Source: Hemiscyllium ocellatum (lineage: Eukaryota). Taken from it: a stretch of 64,000 bases of DNA. Under the pieces are notes generated by a model. It did not search any database and had not been told where the DNA came from. It saw only the letters and a program-made list of their open reading frames with translations. The position numbers and the translations under genes are program-made. The DNA lies in the NCBI RefSeq assembly GCF_020745735.1, contig NC_083407.1, forward strand, positions 29,813,857 through 29,877,856, read 5' to 3'. Positions 36,583 to 48,949 of this stretch are shown here, in pieces (within the stretch, counting starts at the first letter, position 1; each line of letters begins with the position of its first letter).

Positions 36583-37048
36583 CAGTAACACACCGGACAA
36601 ACTGTTCCCTCCCCTCTCCCTCAGTGTCTGAGTCAATCTGTAACATGCCACTGCTAGACACTTTCAGTAGAACTGGGTGTGACAAGCCAGCATCGTGAAC
36701 AATATGTTGAATTGGCAATTGACTGCTTTGACTGCTAAACCTGCAAGGGGAATAATTTTACCTGTGAATCCCACAGGTAGAGGCCCCAGTGTTGTCTAAC
36801 CTTGGCAAATCAACGTTAATTTGCATAACTATGCTGAGTGAACTATTTTCTTCCCCTCATCACTCAATCCTCCTCACCACATCCCTGTTCCCCTTGCCTC
36901 CCATCACCATAACTCACCACCCAAACATTACCCATCTCAGGTGTTGGTTTAGCACATCCAAGAAAATTCAAATTAATTACTTAGTAATTAGGACCAAAAT
37001 TGTATGCTAAAACCAGAGTTTGAAGTAGCTGGTCTTCAATGATTTAGC

Positions 37049-37241
37049 TAGGAGAAAGTGAGGACTGCGGATGCTGGAGATCAGAGTTGAGAGTGTGGTG
37101 CTGGAAAAGCACAGCAGGTCAGACAGCATCCGAGGGGCAGGTGAATCAACGGTTCGGAAGTCTTTTGCCCGAAACGTCGAATGTCCCGCTCCTCGGATGC
37201 TGCCTTACCTGCTGTGCTTTTCCAGCACCACCTTCTCGACT
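37049..37241. mobile_element. Centrally deleted inverted Penelope-terminal dimer with 14-bp TSD
   Basis: Arms GTGGTGCTGGAAAAGCACAGCAGGT and ACCTGCTGTGCTTTTCCAGCACCAC; GCCCGAAACGTCGAATG retained; TTCAATGATT(T/C)AGC at 37035-37048 and 37242-37255. Confidence 0.8.
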
Positions 37242-37564
37242 TTCAATGATTCAGCACCTATTTTCACCCTATAGCCAAACTACCCAAGCTGTCCAGACAA
37301 GTTCCTCTCCTGCACATTCAAATCCTTTCACAAAGGAAAATGTAACTAATGGTCATTGGAATATCTGATTTAGTTTTGTATCTTACCACTGAGAAAACAA
37401 AGTGGAAAATTTGGGAAGGGGACTATAGAAAAACCCTTAGCAATGAAGAAATCATGAAAATTTCTAGCTGGCAGTGTTTGAAGTTCAGTTGAAGCCTAAA
37501 CTCAATATCACAAAGTTATGACATGAGCACTTTAGGCAATTGTAAATTATATCAATCTATGTCT

Positions 37565-37983
37565 TTTTTCTCTAATTTCTCCTGCCAATTTTTTCCACTT
37601 GCCTCCAGCAAGCTTTAATTCCTTGCTAGGGTGGAGTTCTATCGATGTTTAATGCCCAATAGGTCTTAGTCACATTGCACATTTGTGAGCTTTGCCAGTG
37701 ATAAACAATTGGATATTCACCAATTAGAGGAAATGTCTCTCCCTTTATCATCATTCAGCATACACATTTATTTGGTTCCACTAGGATTCCTACTTAGCAA
37801 TCAGGAGCTGAAACATTGGACAATTTTACTTTTTCTAACCCAGAAGCACTGAGACCAATTGCAACTGATGCCCTAGCAGTTATCAGCTAATTAACAATAA
37901 CTAGGGATCAAGCCTGGAGGCTTTATTTATCACAAACAATCAGCTGCTAACTGAATAAACTTGCTGAATCATTGGGGAACCCC
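37565..37983 (-). mobile_element. Old tRNA-derived SINE resembling LF-SINE
   Basis: Minus strand CCAGGCTTGATCCCTAG..TTAGCTGAT..CAATTGGTCTCAGTGCTTCTGGGTTAG..GCTCCTGATTGCTA..GCTCACAAATG..ACCCTAGCAAGGA..AAAATTGG is collinear with the LF-SINE consensus as I remember it. Confidence 0.6.
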
Positions 37984-40060
37984 AGTCATATTTCTCCATA
38001 GTAAACTCAGTTCATTAAAACTGTGCTTTTAACAAACTTTTATCGTTTGGTTTGACTTAAAACTGATTAAAGTTTACATTATTCAATTCCAATTTACAAA
38101 ATTAAGTTTACCCATCTGGCCACTTTCAGTACGCGAAGGACTATGGTGCTTTGAGCATTGGCACGATACACCTGATGTTGTCAAAATTTTCTTAATGCAG
38201 CTCCAGTACATACACGATTGGAAAACTGGATGAAGTACGAGACTTTCTCAACAGTATATGCTGAAGAAAAGAAGGAGATTTCCAGTATTACTGGTGAAAA
38301 CCTGATAACAGGAACCATTTTGTCAATTCAGATTTTTCATCATGGAGTCTGATATATGCACAGTTGTGACTTTAACCAGATTTAATCAAGATCAGTGTCA
38401 TGACAGATCACATTTCATTCACATTGCAACCCAGGGGACAGAGTAAAAAAAATGTAATCCCAAGGAATATTGGATGGCATTGGAGTTACACCCAGCCATT
38501 TGTGATTAGAGGGAACTGATCTTTATTGTCTTCTACGGAGGAGAGGAAAGAACCAATGGACAATACTGCCAGGGTGAAGTACTCCCCCACCTGCAGATGC
38601 TGCTGTGATTACCATATTAGGAATTAATTCCATGCTTCAGCCATAAGGTCAAACTTGCAACTGAGAGTCCGGGGACAATAGTCATTACATGCAGTGCCAA
38701 ATTTGTGTGTGAGGGCAGGGCCTGGAATGTGGGTGGTTGGTGTGGAATTGGCGGGGAGGGTAGGATAAAACCACAACTGTTTCTGCACACCGGAAAATGA
38801 ATCTCACTTGAATATCATTCCCAAAATAGTGTGGCACTGTAATTAAAGGTAAACAAATGTCTCTGTTACACCGTGCACTTTGACATGTGTTTGCCATTAT
38901 TTCCTGTCTCTCATGTCTCACACATCCAATGTTACTCGATGATTAACATCCTCTCTGGAAATCTTCACTGTGGTTACATGGCTTCATTCAAGCTCCTGTG
39001 CCAAACCTGGCTTGCCTGAAACCTCATGTTTCTTTCTGATGTTTCTTCATTACATCCTGTCCAGCTGAAATTCATTACAGGATGACTTTACCTCCAAAAC
39101 TCACATATGACATTTCTCAAGCACACAATGTGCCATTATGGCTAGCGTTACTGCTGAAGTATGCATAGAAGAAGAACAGACTGTACTCCTTCCACAACTG
39201 ATAATTTTGTTTGTGGCTGGTGGTAAATATTTCCTGCTATGTGATAATTAAAGGTCTTATGAAAAATTAAATTTAAATATAATGCTAGGCAAACCAGATC
39301 ACCTAAAGGAAGTCTCTTTACTAACAGAGTCGATTAACTAAACACAAAAATATGCTTACTGGCTTCTGCTATGTAGTGATGTGGAAGAAAAAAAAAGCAA
39401 CAGACTGCGTTACACCCTTGGAAGGCAGATCTGTACAGTTCATATGTCAGTTAGGAAAATATGATCAAATTTATAAAACTCCCTCATGTTTGCTGAGTTA
39501 CAACTCTAATTTGAAGCATAGGCACGAGGATATATTACAATGTCTCAGGTTCCTTCCAAATTCTTTGTGCTGCATAGTCAATGTTTAATGGAAGCAATGT
39601 TTTGAAAATGTACTGGCACAAACATCATGCAAACCTTGGTCATGCAAAGTACAATTAAAGGTGAAATAAATCATACTTTGAAAATAACAAACAATTTGGG
39701 GGAAATTTCTTTAAACGTTTTTTAAAAGGTTTGGAATGGCTTATATTTTGTTGGTCTATTAGTACCAAATAGATCATAAGTGAGATCAAAGGGGAAATAT
39801 CCTCTCTCCACCTTTTTTAGCAAAATCTTAAGCTCATTCTTTATACTCAAGTTTATGATTTCACTGAATAGCACAATGAGAATATTTGAGGGTTATGAGT
39901 TTGATAATCTATATAATTTGCATCAAAATCATGGTTCACCTATAGAGTACTATCCAGTGGCATATCTATAGCTCTTATTATGACAATAATGTGTTAGGAA
40001 ATGATGCCATTTTAATTTCCTGGTCATATGAGTTTTTTCACCAATACCCTTTATGTAGAT

Positions 40061-40180
40061 AATTGAATTGAATTGAATTGAATTTATTGTCTCTGTACTG
40101 AGGCACAATGAAAAGCTTTGTCTTGCGAGCAATACAGGCAGATCACATAGTTAAAAGCATAGATAACTAAATAATAGATA
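40061..40180 (-). mobile_element. LINE 3' end with (CAATT)n terminal repeats (L2/Rex-like)
   Basis: (AATTG)4 followed by TTTATT, i.e. AATAAA just before a short tandem-repeat tail on the minus strand. Confidence 0.55.
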
Positions 40181-40496
40181 ATTAAAAGTTAAATGCAATA
40201 ACTATCTGCAGTCAAAATACCATGATGGCCATTAGTTTTCCAAGTGCATCCTGGCAGCTTGTAAAGAAAAGGACACTCAGAGATTTAGTCAGCTGTTCGA
40301 AAAACCTTATAAAAATGCATTTGTTTAATCAGATTATGGTTAATAACAATGCAATGTACTAACCAAGAGCTCAAACTAAAACAGAGAAGTAGGCAAAAAT
40401 AGAAGCATGATTCATGTCAAATCATTGACATCGTTTGTATTAATCTGTTTAAAACCTTTGATCTTCCTCCTATTGCATACAACAAATAACTTTGCT

Positions 40497-40543
40497 AAAA
40501 TCAACGAGGTAACTGCTGTGCTCTTCCAGCACCACTAGTCCAG
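40497..40543. mobile_element. 47-bp Penelope-terminal micro-insertion with 13-bp TSD
   Basis: AACTGCTGTGCTCTTCCAGCACCACTA matches 47158-47184; AAATAACTTTGCT at 40484-40496 and 40544-40556. Confidence 0.7.
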
Positions 40544-40686
40544 AAATAACTTTGCTTTCCTAGGATTCAAAAACAGTACAAAGCAATGGTTGACTATTAA
40601 GTGTTTCTGTATCTATTCATTGTTTACTGTGACACAACTTACTTTTATGCATTCTTCTGAAATGATCCCTTTACTAGTTTATAATT

Positions 40687-40772
40687 CTGTTCCTTGGATG
40701 CTGCCTGACCTGCTGTGCTTTAACCAGCAACACATTTTCAGCTCTGATCTCCAGCATCTGCAGGCCTCACTT
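40687..40772 (+). mobile_element. 86-bp Penelope-terminal insertion with 17-bp TSD
   Basis: CCTTGGATGCTGCCTGACCTGCTGTGC..CCAGCATCTGCAG; TTTACTAGTTTATAATT at 40670-40686 and 40773-40789. Confidence 0.8.
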
Positions 40773-41539
40773 TTTACTAGTTTATAATTGCCAAGGATAT
40801 ATGCGAGCAAAACTGAGAGGGTTCCTACTAAATAGCAGTTTGATGGACGATGTTGACCAACTCTTTCACTGACCAGTATTCATTTCTGAAATATGTGGTA
40901 CATCATCAAAATTGCATTATATGGAAAGCTAGAAGAATAATCTTTTACTTTGCAACCACACAAAGAAATATATAAAAAATGATTATCATACCTGTTCAAG
41001 TATCTGGTCATGAATCTGGGAAATGATGGATTAACTTTGTGATAGAGCTTGATGTCATCTTCACAGATGCTTCGGGTGAAAATTGCAGTTGGACTTAAAT
41101 GACAAAATGGAGTCTGATCTTCACAATTAAAGATTTGATTACTATCCATGTTCAATATAGTCAAGAATTATCTCCAAGTTCTTTTTTGAAAAGATATGAG
41201 AGCAAAGGGAGTTAACATTGTATTTCTTTTAATTATGTCACATAATCAGCCAGTCTCAATATTTCATGAAGATTTTGCACAAATAAATACTGCTACAGAA
41301 CAAATATGCACCAGAGACAGTAATGTAGGAAGTTTGTATTTAAATTGGATGGTGCCCATTGATTTATTCCAAACTTTTGGAATGGGCCATTGAAAGGGTC
41401 TTCATTCAAAGTCAATGGCAGAGGTCAACTTATACAAACTCAGGCCTTCCCTGAGAAAGGGCTAATGAGAAAAAGAAAACAAAACAGATCACTTGATTAG
41501 CACCCCCCTCCATTTTGAACATTTATTCACTTTAGTGTC

Positions 41540-41880
41540 GACACACAGTGGCATTGTCTACAAGATGAACTATAACTACTCACTAAGGCTCCTTTGACAG
41601 AAAACCCACAACCTCTACTGTCTACCAGGACAAGGGCAACAAATCCGTGGGACCACCACCACCTGCAATTTCCCTTCCAAGCCACACAGCATCTTGACTG
41701 GAATAACAATGCCGTTCTTTTACTGTTACTGGGTCAGAATCCTGAAAACTCCATTCCAGAGACATTGGATATATCGATGAATAGTGGACAACAGCTGCTC
41801 AAGAAGGCGACCACCTTCTCACAACAAGTAAGGATGGCAGCCAATACTGACCTCGCCAATTAAATCCATAACTTTGAAAG
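41540..41880 (+). mobile_element. 3' fragment of the LINE family seen at 28.8-30.4 kb
   Basis: Collinear with 30120-30430 (CACCACC..TTCC..CCAAGCC..CTTGACTGGA..CACCTTCTC). Confidence 0.65.
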
Positions 41881-42023
41881 AATGTTTTTCATTTAAATAT
41901 TTGTAGAAATATTTTCTATAAATAAATTAACTACCCTTCAAACATATGTACTACCTTCCAAGCCAAAAATCCTCACTTTAGGTCTCTTGCCTTGTCAAGC
42001 TATATCATAAAATCTGTAGTGGC

Positions 42024-42250
42024 TGTAATGAGGTCAGGCAGGTGAACCTCATTGAATAAAAGTTCCGTGGTTGGCGCTGTTGATCTGGTCCAATGAGGGA
42101 TCCCTGGCTGAAAGATATAAACAGGATTATTAGAGTTTCTGTTTACTCTGAGAGCTGACTCTGTGGGAGCTGAATCAGTGTCAAGGACTCTCCACATGCA
42201 AACAAATGGTGACTTGGAGCCAGGATATCGGCCTCTGTGGAGTTATTTCA
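42024..42250 (+). mobile_element. Short solo LTR
   Basis: TGTAAT...ATTTCA termini (imperfect inverted), internal CCAAT and TATAAA; no clear TSD. Confidence 0.55.
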
Positions 42251-43059
42251 ATCACAAACTCATACAGTATAGGAGGCCATTCAACCCATCAAGTCGGTAA
42301 CACCAATAATAGACTAAATATTCACCACTCCCACTTTCCAACACTAAGCTCATAATCTATATGTTTATTATTCCAACCTATTTAGCTGCAACTTGCTTAT
42401 TTTATACTACTGAATTGTGTGATTATGCATGCTGTATAAGGTTAGTAAAGTTATACTATTATCAACAATAAGGCCAGAACTTCCAAGCCCACCACTCACA
42501 TGACATCACATGATCAAATCTCCACAAGAATGAACTGCAACAATCTAATTTTATAAACACAAAACCATCATAAGGTACAACTTCAACATCAGATTTTCGA
42601 CTCTTGTGGGGCTGAGAACAGGGAATAGGTACCAACAGAAAATGGCACTTGACTTGAAACTAAAGATTTCTCTGGGAACCAGACTATCCCTCAAAGGTGA
42701 ATCATCAATACCAGTGACCTTTTTTTCCTATTTATATTGTTATGTTTAACTTTACAGTAGCAAACAAAAGTGAGTGAAGTATGTGGAGTAAAGATTTATT
42801 GGCAATTGTTTGACAATCAGGAACAGGAGTAGTCACAATTAACAAATATGATTTCATCAATAACAATGACACTGTGTTCAATGATGGTTCCAAGTTTACA
42901 TTATTGATGAATGGCCAAATGCTTGTGTTAGTTGTTACACTCAGTTCCAAATGTGTGTAATCCACATACAGAGTAAATGAATCTTTCACATTCACAAAGC
43001 TCATACAAGAACTACATATTAAGAGCAATAGGATATTGAGGGGCTCTTTTAGCATTTAT

Positions 43060-43705
43060 CAATATGCCACTGACATTTGCATTATGTTACTATAATCAGA
43101 GTGATCCAGAATTCACTCATGTCTGCATCAAACTCAGCAGCAGGTCAATTTCAGTTTCACCGTGTATGTTCAAATAGATGGCACTGTCTTTGGATTCCCT
43201 TTAGGACATTTCCATGCTAACATCTTTGCTGGTTACCATGAGAATACATCTTCAATGAAATGATTATTAACCTTCCACTCGTTGCATATTTCTGATATGC
43301 AGATCACTTGTTTGTGATATTTGAATCCATCAGAGTTCCTTTATACAGTTTAACAAAATCCATCTGTCATCAAGTTAACCATTGTACTGGGTATCACGCT
43401 ATATGCCAGATATGATTCCAATCAGCAGAGTGTTTTGTCCCTGATCCCAATTGACTTCAGTTTTGCTGAACTCTTAGTTGCCACAGTCAGCCAAATGCAT
43501 CCTCAATATCAAGAGTTCTCACTCACCTCACCTCTGGAATTCAGCACTTCAGTCCATGTTTGAATCAAGGCTGTCATGAAGTCAAGAGCTAAGTGGCCTT
43601 GGCACAACCTAACCTTGACATTACTGAACAAGTTATTGCTGCTGCTTTGGTAATGACAAATTCCATCATTTTATAGATGATCAAGAGTAGAAGGATGCAG
43701 CAGTT
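43060..43705 (-). mobile_element. Degenerate RT fragment of the 28.8-30.4 kb LINE family
   Basis: GGAATTCAGC..GTCCATGTTTGAATCAAGGCTG is the reverse complement of 29300-29340. Confidence 0.6.
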
Positions 43706-45237
43706 CTTAACCAATAATTGAGAAACAAACCAAGTGTGGTGCAGTTGCTTTGTGCTCCTTGCAAGCAAGTGAAGGTACCTGGAGAAGGAAGATCAGGGAG
43801 CATCAAGTCCTGACAAGCCTAAAGGATCATCTCAGTAAACTCTATAGACTGTCTACCCAGGATGACCCAATACCTATGTCATTCTTTTTTTTTGTGTCCT
43901 TTTGAGTGTGTTTTGCGGGAGTTTTATAAGGGCATTGTAAAGAGTAGAACTATGTACCAGATCATAATTATTTATTGGTAGGTACAATCTATTGATTTAC
44001 AATAAATAGTAACATTTCTGAACCATAAGTTCATTAATATTGCCTGTGGGTGTAAAAGACAGCTAAATTGGGGAATTTTGTGTATTTTTATAAAAATTTT
44101 CAAATTTGTGATGGCTCAGGAATTAGTGAGCTTGATTTTCAGTGCATTACTTCAATAAAGCACTATATATTACAACTTTTTCCTAAAATAAAAGGTGGTC
44201 ATGGAAACAGAAAATCCTTTGCTGCATTCCTATGGCCACACTCTGAATAAAGATAACCTATCTCAGCGGAGAATTGACTGCTCTTGCCAAATCTCCATGC
44301 CAAGATGTCCAATCAGTCAAAACCGTCTTCTCATGTTGTATAAAATAGGGACTTATTCTTCAAATTTGTTTCTTTTGCCTTAGCTCCAATGAGTGCATTT
44401 TTGTGTCTTTCTGGCAATTTTGAAGTAGAGATTTAATTACACCTTTACTCTGAAGTGCCATGTGATAGCAATTTCAGATCATATGGAAATAGAATCTGGA
44501 TCTGTAGAGTTCAGAAAATGTTTTCTCTTAATCTCAGTTGTATATAGATTGTTTAATAAAGTCTTTTCATGTTCATTTATGAGTATAGATCGCATCTTGC
44601 TATATGGTGACAGTAGTGACCAAGCTTGCATTTGCACTGAACTTTGAAGAGGAAAAATCACACAAAAGCTGAAAAGACATGGAAGAAAGCCCTCAACAGA
44701 GTAAATGGCATGCAACAATAAAATAACTCAGCTACAATGAATGTAGAATTGGAGTGAATCAGATGCCTTTACAAGGATTGGAACGAAATGAGCATTAAGA
44801 AAATTCCACGGAAAAAGCAAGTGTGTGACAAAACAGCGTGCAGTCCATATCATTACGGAATACCACCTCAGCCGTTTTTAAGAAGAGTTTTGAGTGCCAA
44901 GAAAAATGCCATGCAGAGCTGTAGCATCAGTAGTTGAGAAAATTAAATACAACCACAAGAATCTGCAGGAGGAGAGGGATGCAGAAAGGCAAGAATACTT
45001 CTTCCTGGAAAATTTTGCAAGCCTCCTGCTGATTATGCAGACCTGCAGAACACATGTTGGTATACCGAAATAACGGTTAATAGCAAGAAAACCCATCTAA
45101 AATTGAACATACGATCGCCATATCCATTGTTTTATATACAGTGTCACAACTGCAGTTCTTTGATTTTCTTCCATTCAACTTTGAGGTGGAGGTAGTGATA
45201 AAATCATAGTTACAGGTCAGATACAAAATACACTACA

Positions 45238-45241
<4 letters not shown>

Positions 45242-45279
<38 letters not shown>
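45242..45279. repeat. (GA)n microsatellite
   Basis: Directly visible. Confidence 0.95.
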
Positions 45280-45281
<2 letters not shown>

Positions 45282-45892
45282 AGAGAAACCCTATCTGTAA
45301 TTCCTAATCTCTTCGCATTTTTGTTGAGTGAGGCTGCCAGAATGAATGTGAACCATTTTAATTAAACACATGTTAGAGACATTGAAGTTGACTCAGTGAG
45401 CCTTGGAACAACTTTCACTACACACCCTTTTGTCCACTGGAAGATGGTACAGATTTTTAATTTCATTTAAAACAGATCATGAGGAAAATCAAAGGTAGCA
45501 AAGCTGAAGGTGATTTACCAAAGGAGGGGATTCAGAGCAAATGGCATAGAATAGAGCCACCAGTCATGTTTTTAACTTAGTGGAAGCGGAAGTCTAGACA
45601 TTCCTAGACTGTTGGGTTTAGATAATTCAGTTTGTGATGGCGTTACTGAGTCTCTTTTGAGGAGAATCACCCTTTCGTGTAACAGCTCTAAACAAGAGTG
45701 AAATTTATCTGTTTAATCAACTGCCCCCACTAAAAACAGGCAATAACAGGAATAGTACCAACTCTCACAAACAAATGAAATAATTCTTCCCTGTGATAAA
45801 GGTCAGAGCACTACAGGGAAGCAGTGAGACTAAGGTTCCAGCTGGAATCCACCTCAAATTATGTTAGATGGTCAAGGCCGTGCTGAACACCT

Positions 45893-46040
45893 CATTCCTG
45901 ATGAAGAGTTTATGCCTGAAATGTTGACTCTCCTGTTCCTCAGATGCTGCCTGACTGAGATGCTGCCTGACTGACTTTGTTCTTCCAGCACCACACTTTT
46001 TGACTTTGATCTCCAGCATGTGCAGTGCTCACTTTCTCTC
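45893..46040 (+). mobile_element. Penelope-terminal derivative with hammerhead-like motif
   Basis: CATTC-CTGATGA-AGAGTTTATGCCT-GAAATGTT; internal 17-bp duplication around AGATGCTGCCTGACTG. Confidence 0.7.
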
Positions 46041-46356
46041 CCCTAAAAACGAAGAACCTCACCTTAAATTGAAAGACCTGCCAATGTTGCAGGCTAAGTT
46101 TACAGAACCAATTGCAGTCGCCATTGCACTAAAATGGTCATCAGCTCAGGAAGATGTATTGAAATTCTTAATCTTCAAAATAGCCCCATCAGTGGGCTAT
46201 GAAAGCACTCAAGGTTTTTTTTAACAAAGAGGAAGATGAACAAACTATAACATTTCCTGACACACAGAATGTTATAACAAGACATAAAGTTGAGATTCAA
46301 AAGAGCCTTGAAAAGATAGTTCAACAAGAATTGGAGTAGACTGATTACCACCAGGT

Positions 46357-47229
46357 ATATATTTCCCTCCCCACCCATTTCCGCCTTCCGCAAAGACAGT
46401 TCCCTCCGTGACTACCTGGTCAGGTCCACGCCCCCCCCTACAACCCACCCTTCCATCCTAGCTCTTTCCCCTGCCACCGCAGGAACTGTAAAACCTGCGC
46501 CCACACCTCCTCCCTCACCTCTATCCAAGACGCCTTCCACATCCAGCAAAGTTTGACCTGAACATTCACTAAATATTGATTGTATCCGTTGCTCCCGATG
46601 CGGTCTCCTCTACATTGGGAAGACTGGGCGCCTCCTAACAGAGCGCTTTAGGGAACATTTCCGGGACACCCGCACCAATCAACCACACCGCCTCGTGGCC
46701 CAATACTTCAACTCCCCCTCCCACTCTGCTGAGGACATGGAGGTCCTGGGCCTCCTTCACCGCTGCTCCCTCACCACCAGACGCCTGGAAGAAGAACGCC
46801 TCATCTTCCGCCTCGGAACACTTCAACCCCAGGGCATCAATGTGGACTTCAACAGTTTCCTCATTTCCCCTTCCCCCACCTCACCCTAGTTCCAAACTTC
46901 CAGCTCAGCACTGTCCCCATGACTTGTCCAGACTTGTCCTACCTGCCTATCTCCTTTTCCACTTATACACTTCACCCTCTCCTCCCTGACCTATCACCTT
47001 AATCCCCTCCCCACTCACCCATTGTACTCTATGCTACTTTCTCCCCACCCCCACCCTCCTCTAGTTTATCTCTCCACGCTTCAGGCTCACTGCCTTTATT
47101 CCTGATGAAGGGCTTTTGCCCAAAACATCGGTTTCGCTGCTCCTTGGATGCTGCCTGAACTGCTGTGCTCTTCCAGCACCACTAATCCAGAATCTGGTTT
47201 CCAGCATCTGCAGTCATTGTTTTTACCTC
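46357..47229 (+). mobile_element. Penelope-like element 3' part: GIY-YIG endonuclease remnant, C-rich 3' UTR, hammerhead motif
   Basis: AFRKDSSLRDYLVRS, PCHRRNCKTC, CIRCSRCGLLYIGKTGRLLTERFREH, RRLEEERLIFRLGTLQPQGINVDF; CTGATGA-A-GGGC-TTTT-GCCC-AAAAC at 47102-47126. Confidence 0.9.
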
Positions 47230-47609
47230 AAAGAAACTGCTGATGTAAAAGTCCATCTTCCCAGCTGCACAGTTCAATCAAGTCTTAGGGACAGAAGAAG
47301 GAAACCTTATGGACAGTTTCTCCATTTCCTTCCAATCTTTTGACGCAGCTCTCAACTGAGAGAACAAAGAACCACATTGATTCAGGGAAGTTTCTCTCTA
47401 TCACAGAAAATTCATAGCTCCAAGATCACTGTGATCTGTTAGCTGATGAAAACTCTCTGCTACAATTAATATGTAATTATCATGTTTGGAAAAGATAACG
47501 TTAAAAGAGAAAACAGAAAAAAATTCTTTCCTAATTAAGACAGTTCCTCACGGCCATTTCCAGATGTTTCAAAATAATTATTGGTGATATAAAAGCAATA
47601 TACTGTGGG

Positions 47610-48545
47610 GGACCTTTAAGAGTCAGAGTTCAGGACCAGCATATTTGAGTGAGGATGAAAGATAAGGATGGCAAGATCTTGGATGATGAAAGATGTTGCA
47701 TGTTTAGTTAAAGAGGAAAAATTAAGTATATGTAAGAGTTAGGAAGCAGAAATCAAACAAGGCAGTTGAAGAGTGTAAAGGAAACAGAAAAGAACTTAAA
47801 ACATAAATATATGGGTTGCAAGGGGTCATGAAATGTCCTTTTCAAGTCGGATTAAGGAGAATTCCAAGACATTTTATCCAGTTAACAGGAACAAAAGGGT
47901 AACAAGGAAAACTATAGTTCCACTCAAGGACAAAGCAGGGAATTTATGCTAGGAGCCAGATGAAGTGGGCAAAGTCCTTAACGAATACTTTGCATTGGTA
48001 TTCATCAAGGAGAAAAACACAAATGATGGTAAGATTAGAAAAGGGTCTGTCAATACTCCAAGGAAAGCTGATACTAAAAAGGATTCAGTGTTGGGTCTCT
48101 TGAAAAACATTAAGCTAGAATAGTCCCCAGGGCCTGATGGGATCTATATAAAAGATATAAAAGAATGCAAGCAGTAAGATCAAGAAAAAAAGCAATAAAT
48201 GGAATAGGAGAAGCATTAAAAATGCTGAATACATATTCACACTTAATCCCTGAAACTTACTTCCATAAAGAGCGCAATCATAACAATCCTGGATGGCCAT
48301 TATATATGATATGACTCTGATGTGGTTCAAACGCAATGAACAAAACTAGGAGGAGGCATTATACCATCAAATAAACACCATTTCGATCTAAAATAAGGTT
48401 CTGGCTTTTTGAGGTGAAAGCTTATTTGGATATTTGACATTGAATTGCATGGGATCCCTCGTGATTTGACAAATTGAATACAAAATTAGCTTAGCCATAG
48501 AAGACAGAGGATAGTTGTGGAGGGGTGTTTCTCTGGAAAACTGTA
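47610..48545 (+). mobile_element. Old CR1 ORF2 fragment
   Basis: RIKENSKTF, PLKDKAGNLC*EPDEVGKVLNEYFALVF, SPGPDGIY. Confidence 0.75.
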
Positions 48546-48949
48546 AACTGCCAAAGAGAGAAGAAGCATAAGAATAAGAAGAACACTCCAAATCCCATGC
48601 CATTTCAGTGTTTACCAAATACTGTGAACTCACACTTGCAAGCATCAAAGTTACAAAAATCAGCCCCAAGATGTCTAACCATGAAGGTCCAGTACCTAGC
48701 ATTTATTCTAAAGTTGTTAGAGGGGCAAAGTCGGGCAATGTTAAAAAGGTGGAAATAGGTGGTCTAGATTTGACGCAGCATGCTAGGTCGGAGACAGAGG
48801 GGAAATTGTTGTCATGGGGACAACACAATACTTAAGCATGGGAAATGAGCAAGTTGCATTGTCACAGTAAACTGAGGGAGTCCTAGAACACTGAAACAGA
48901 ACTGTGTCATCTTCTGGGGTGGGATTTGTGACCTCAACATACAACATAC

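Noticed and set aside
44878-45096. 72-aa minus-strand ORF preceded by AG as an exon
   Set aside because: Weak pyrimidine tract and donor, and no recognisable homology.
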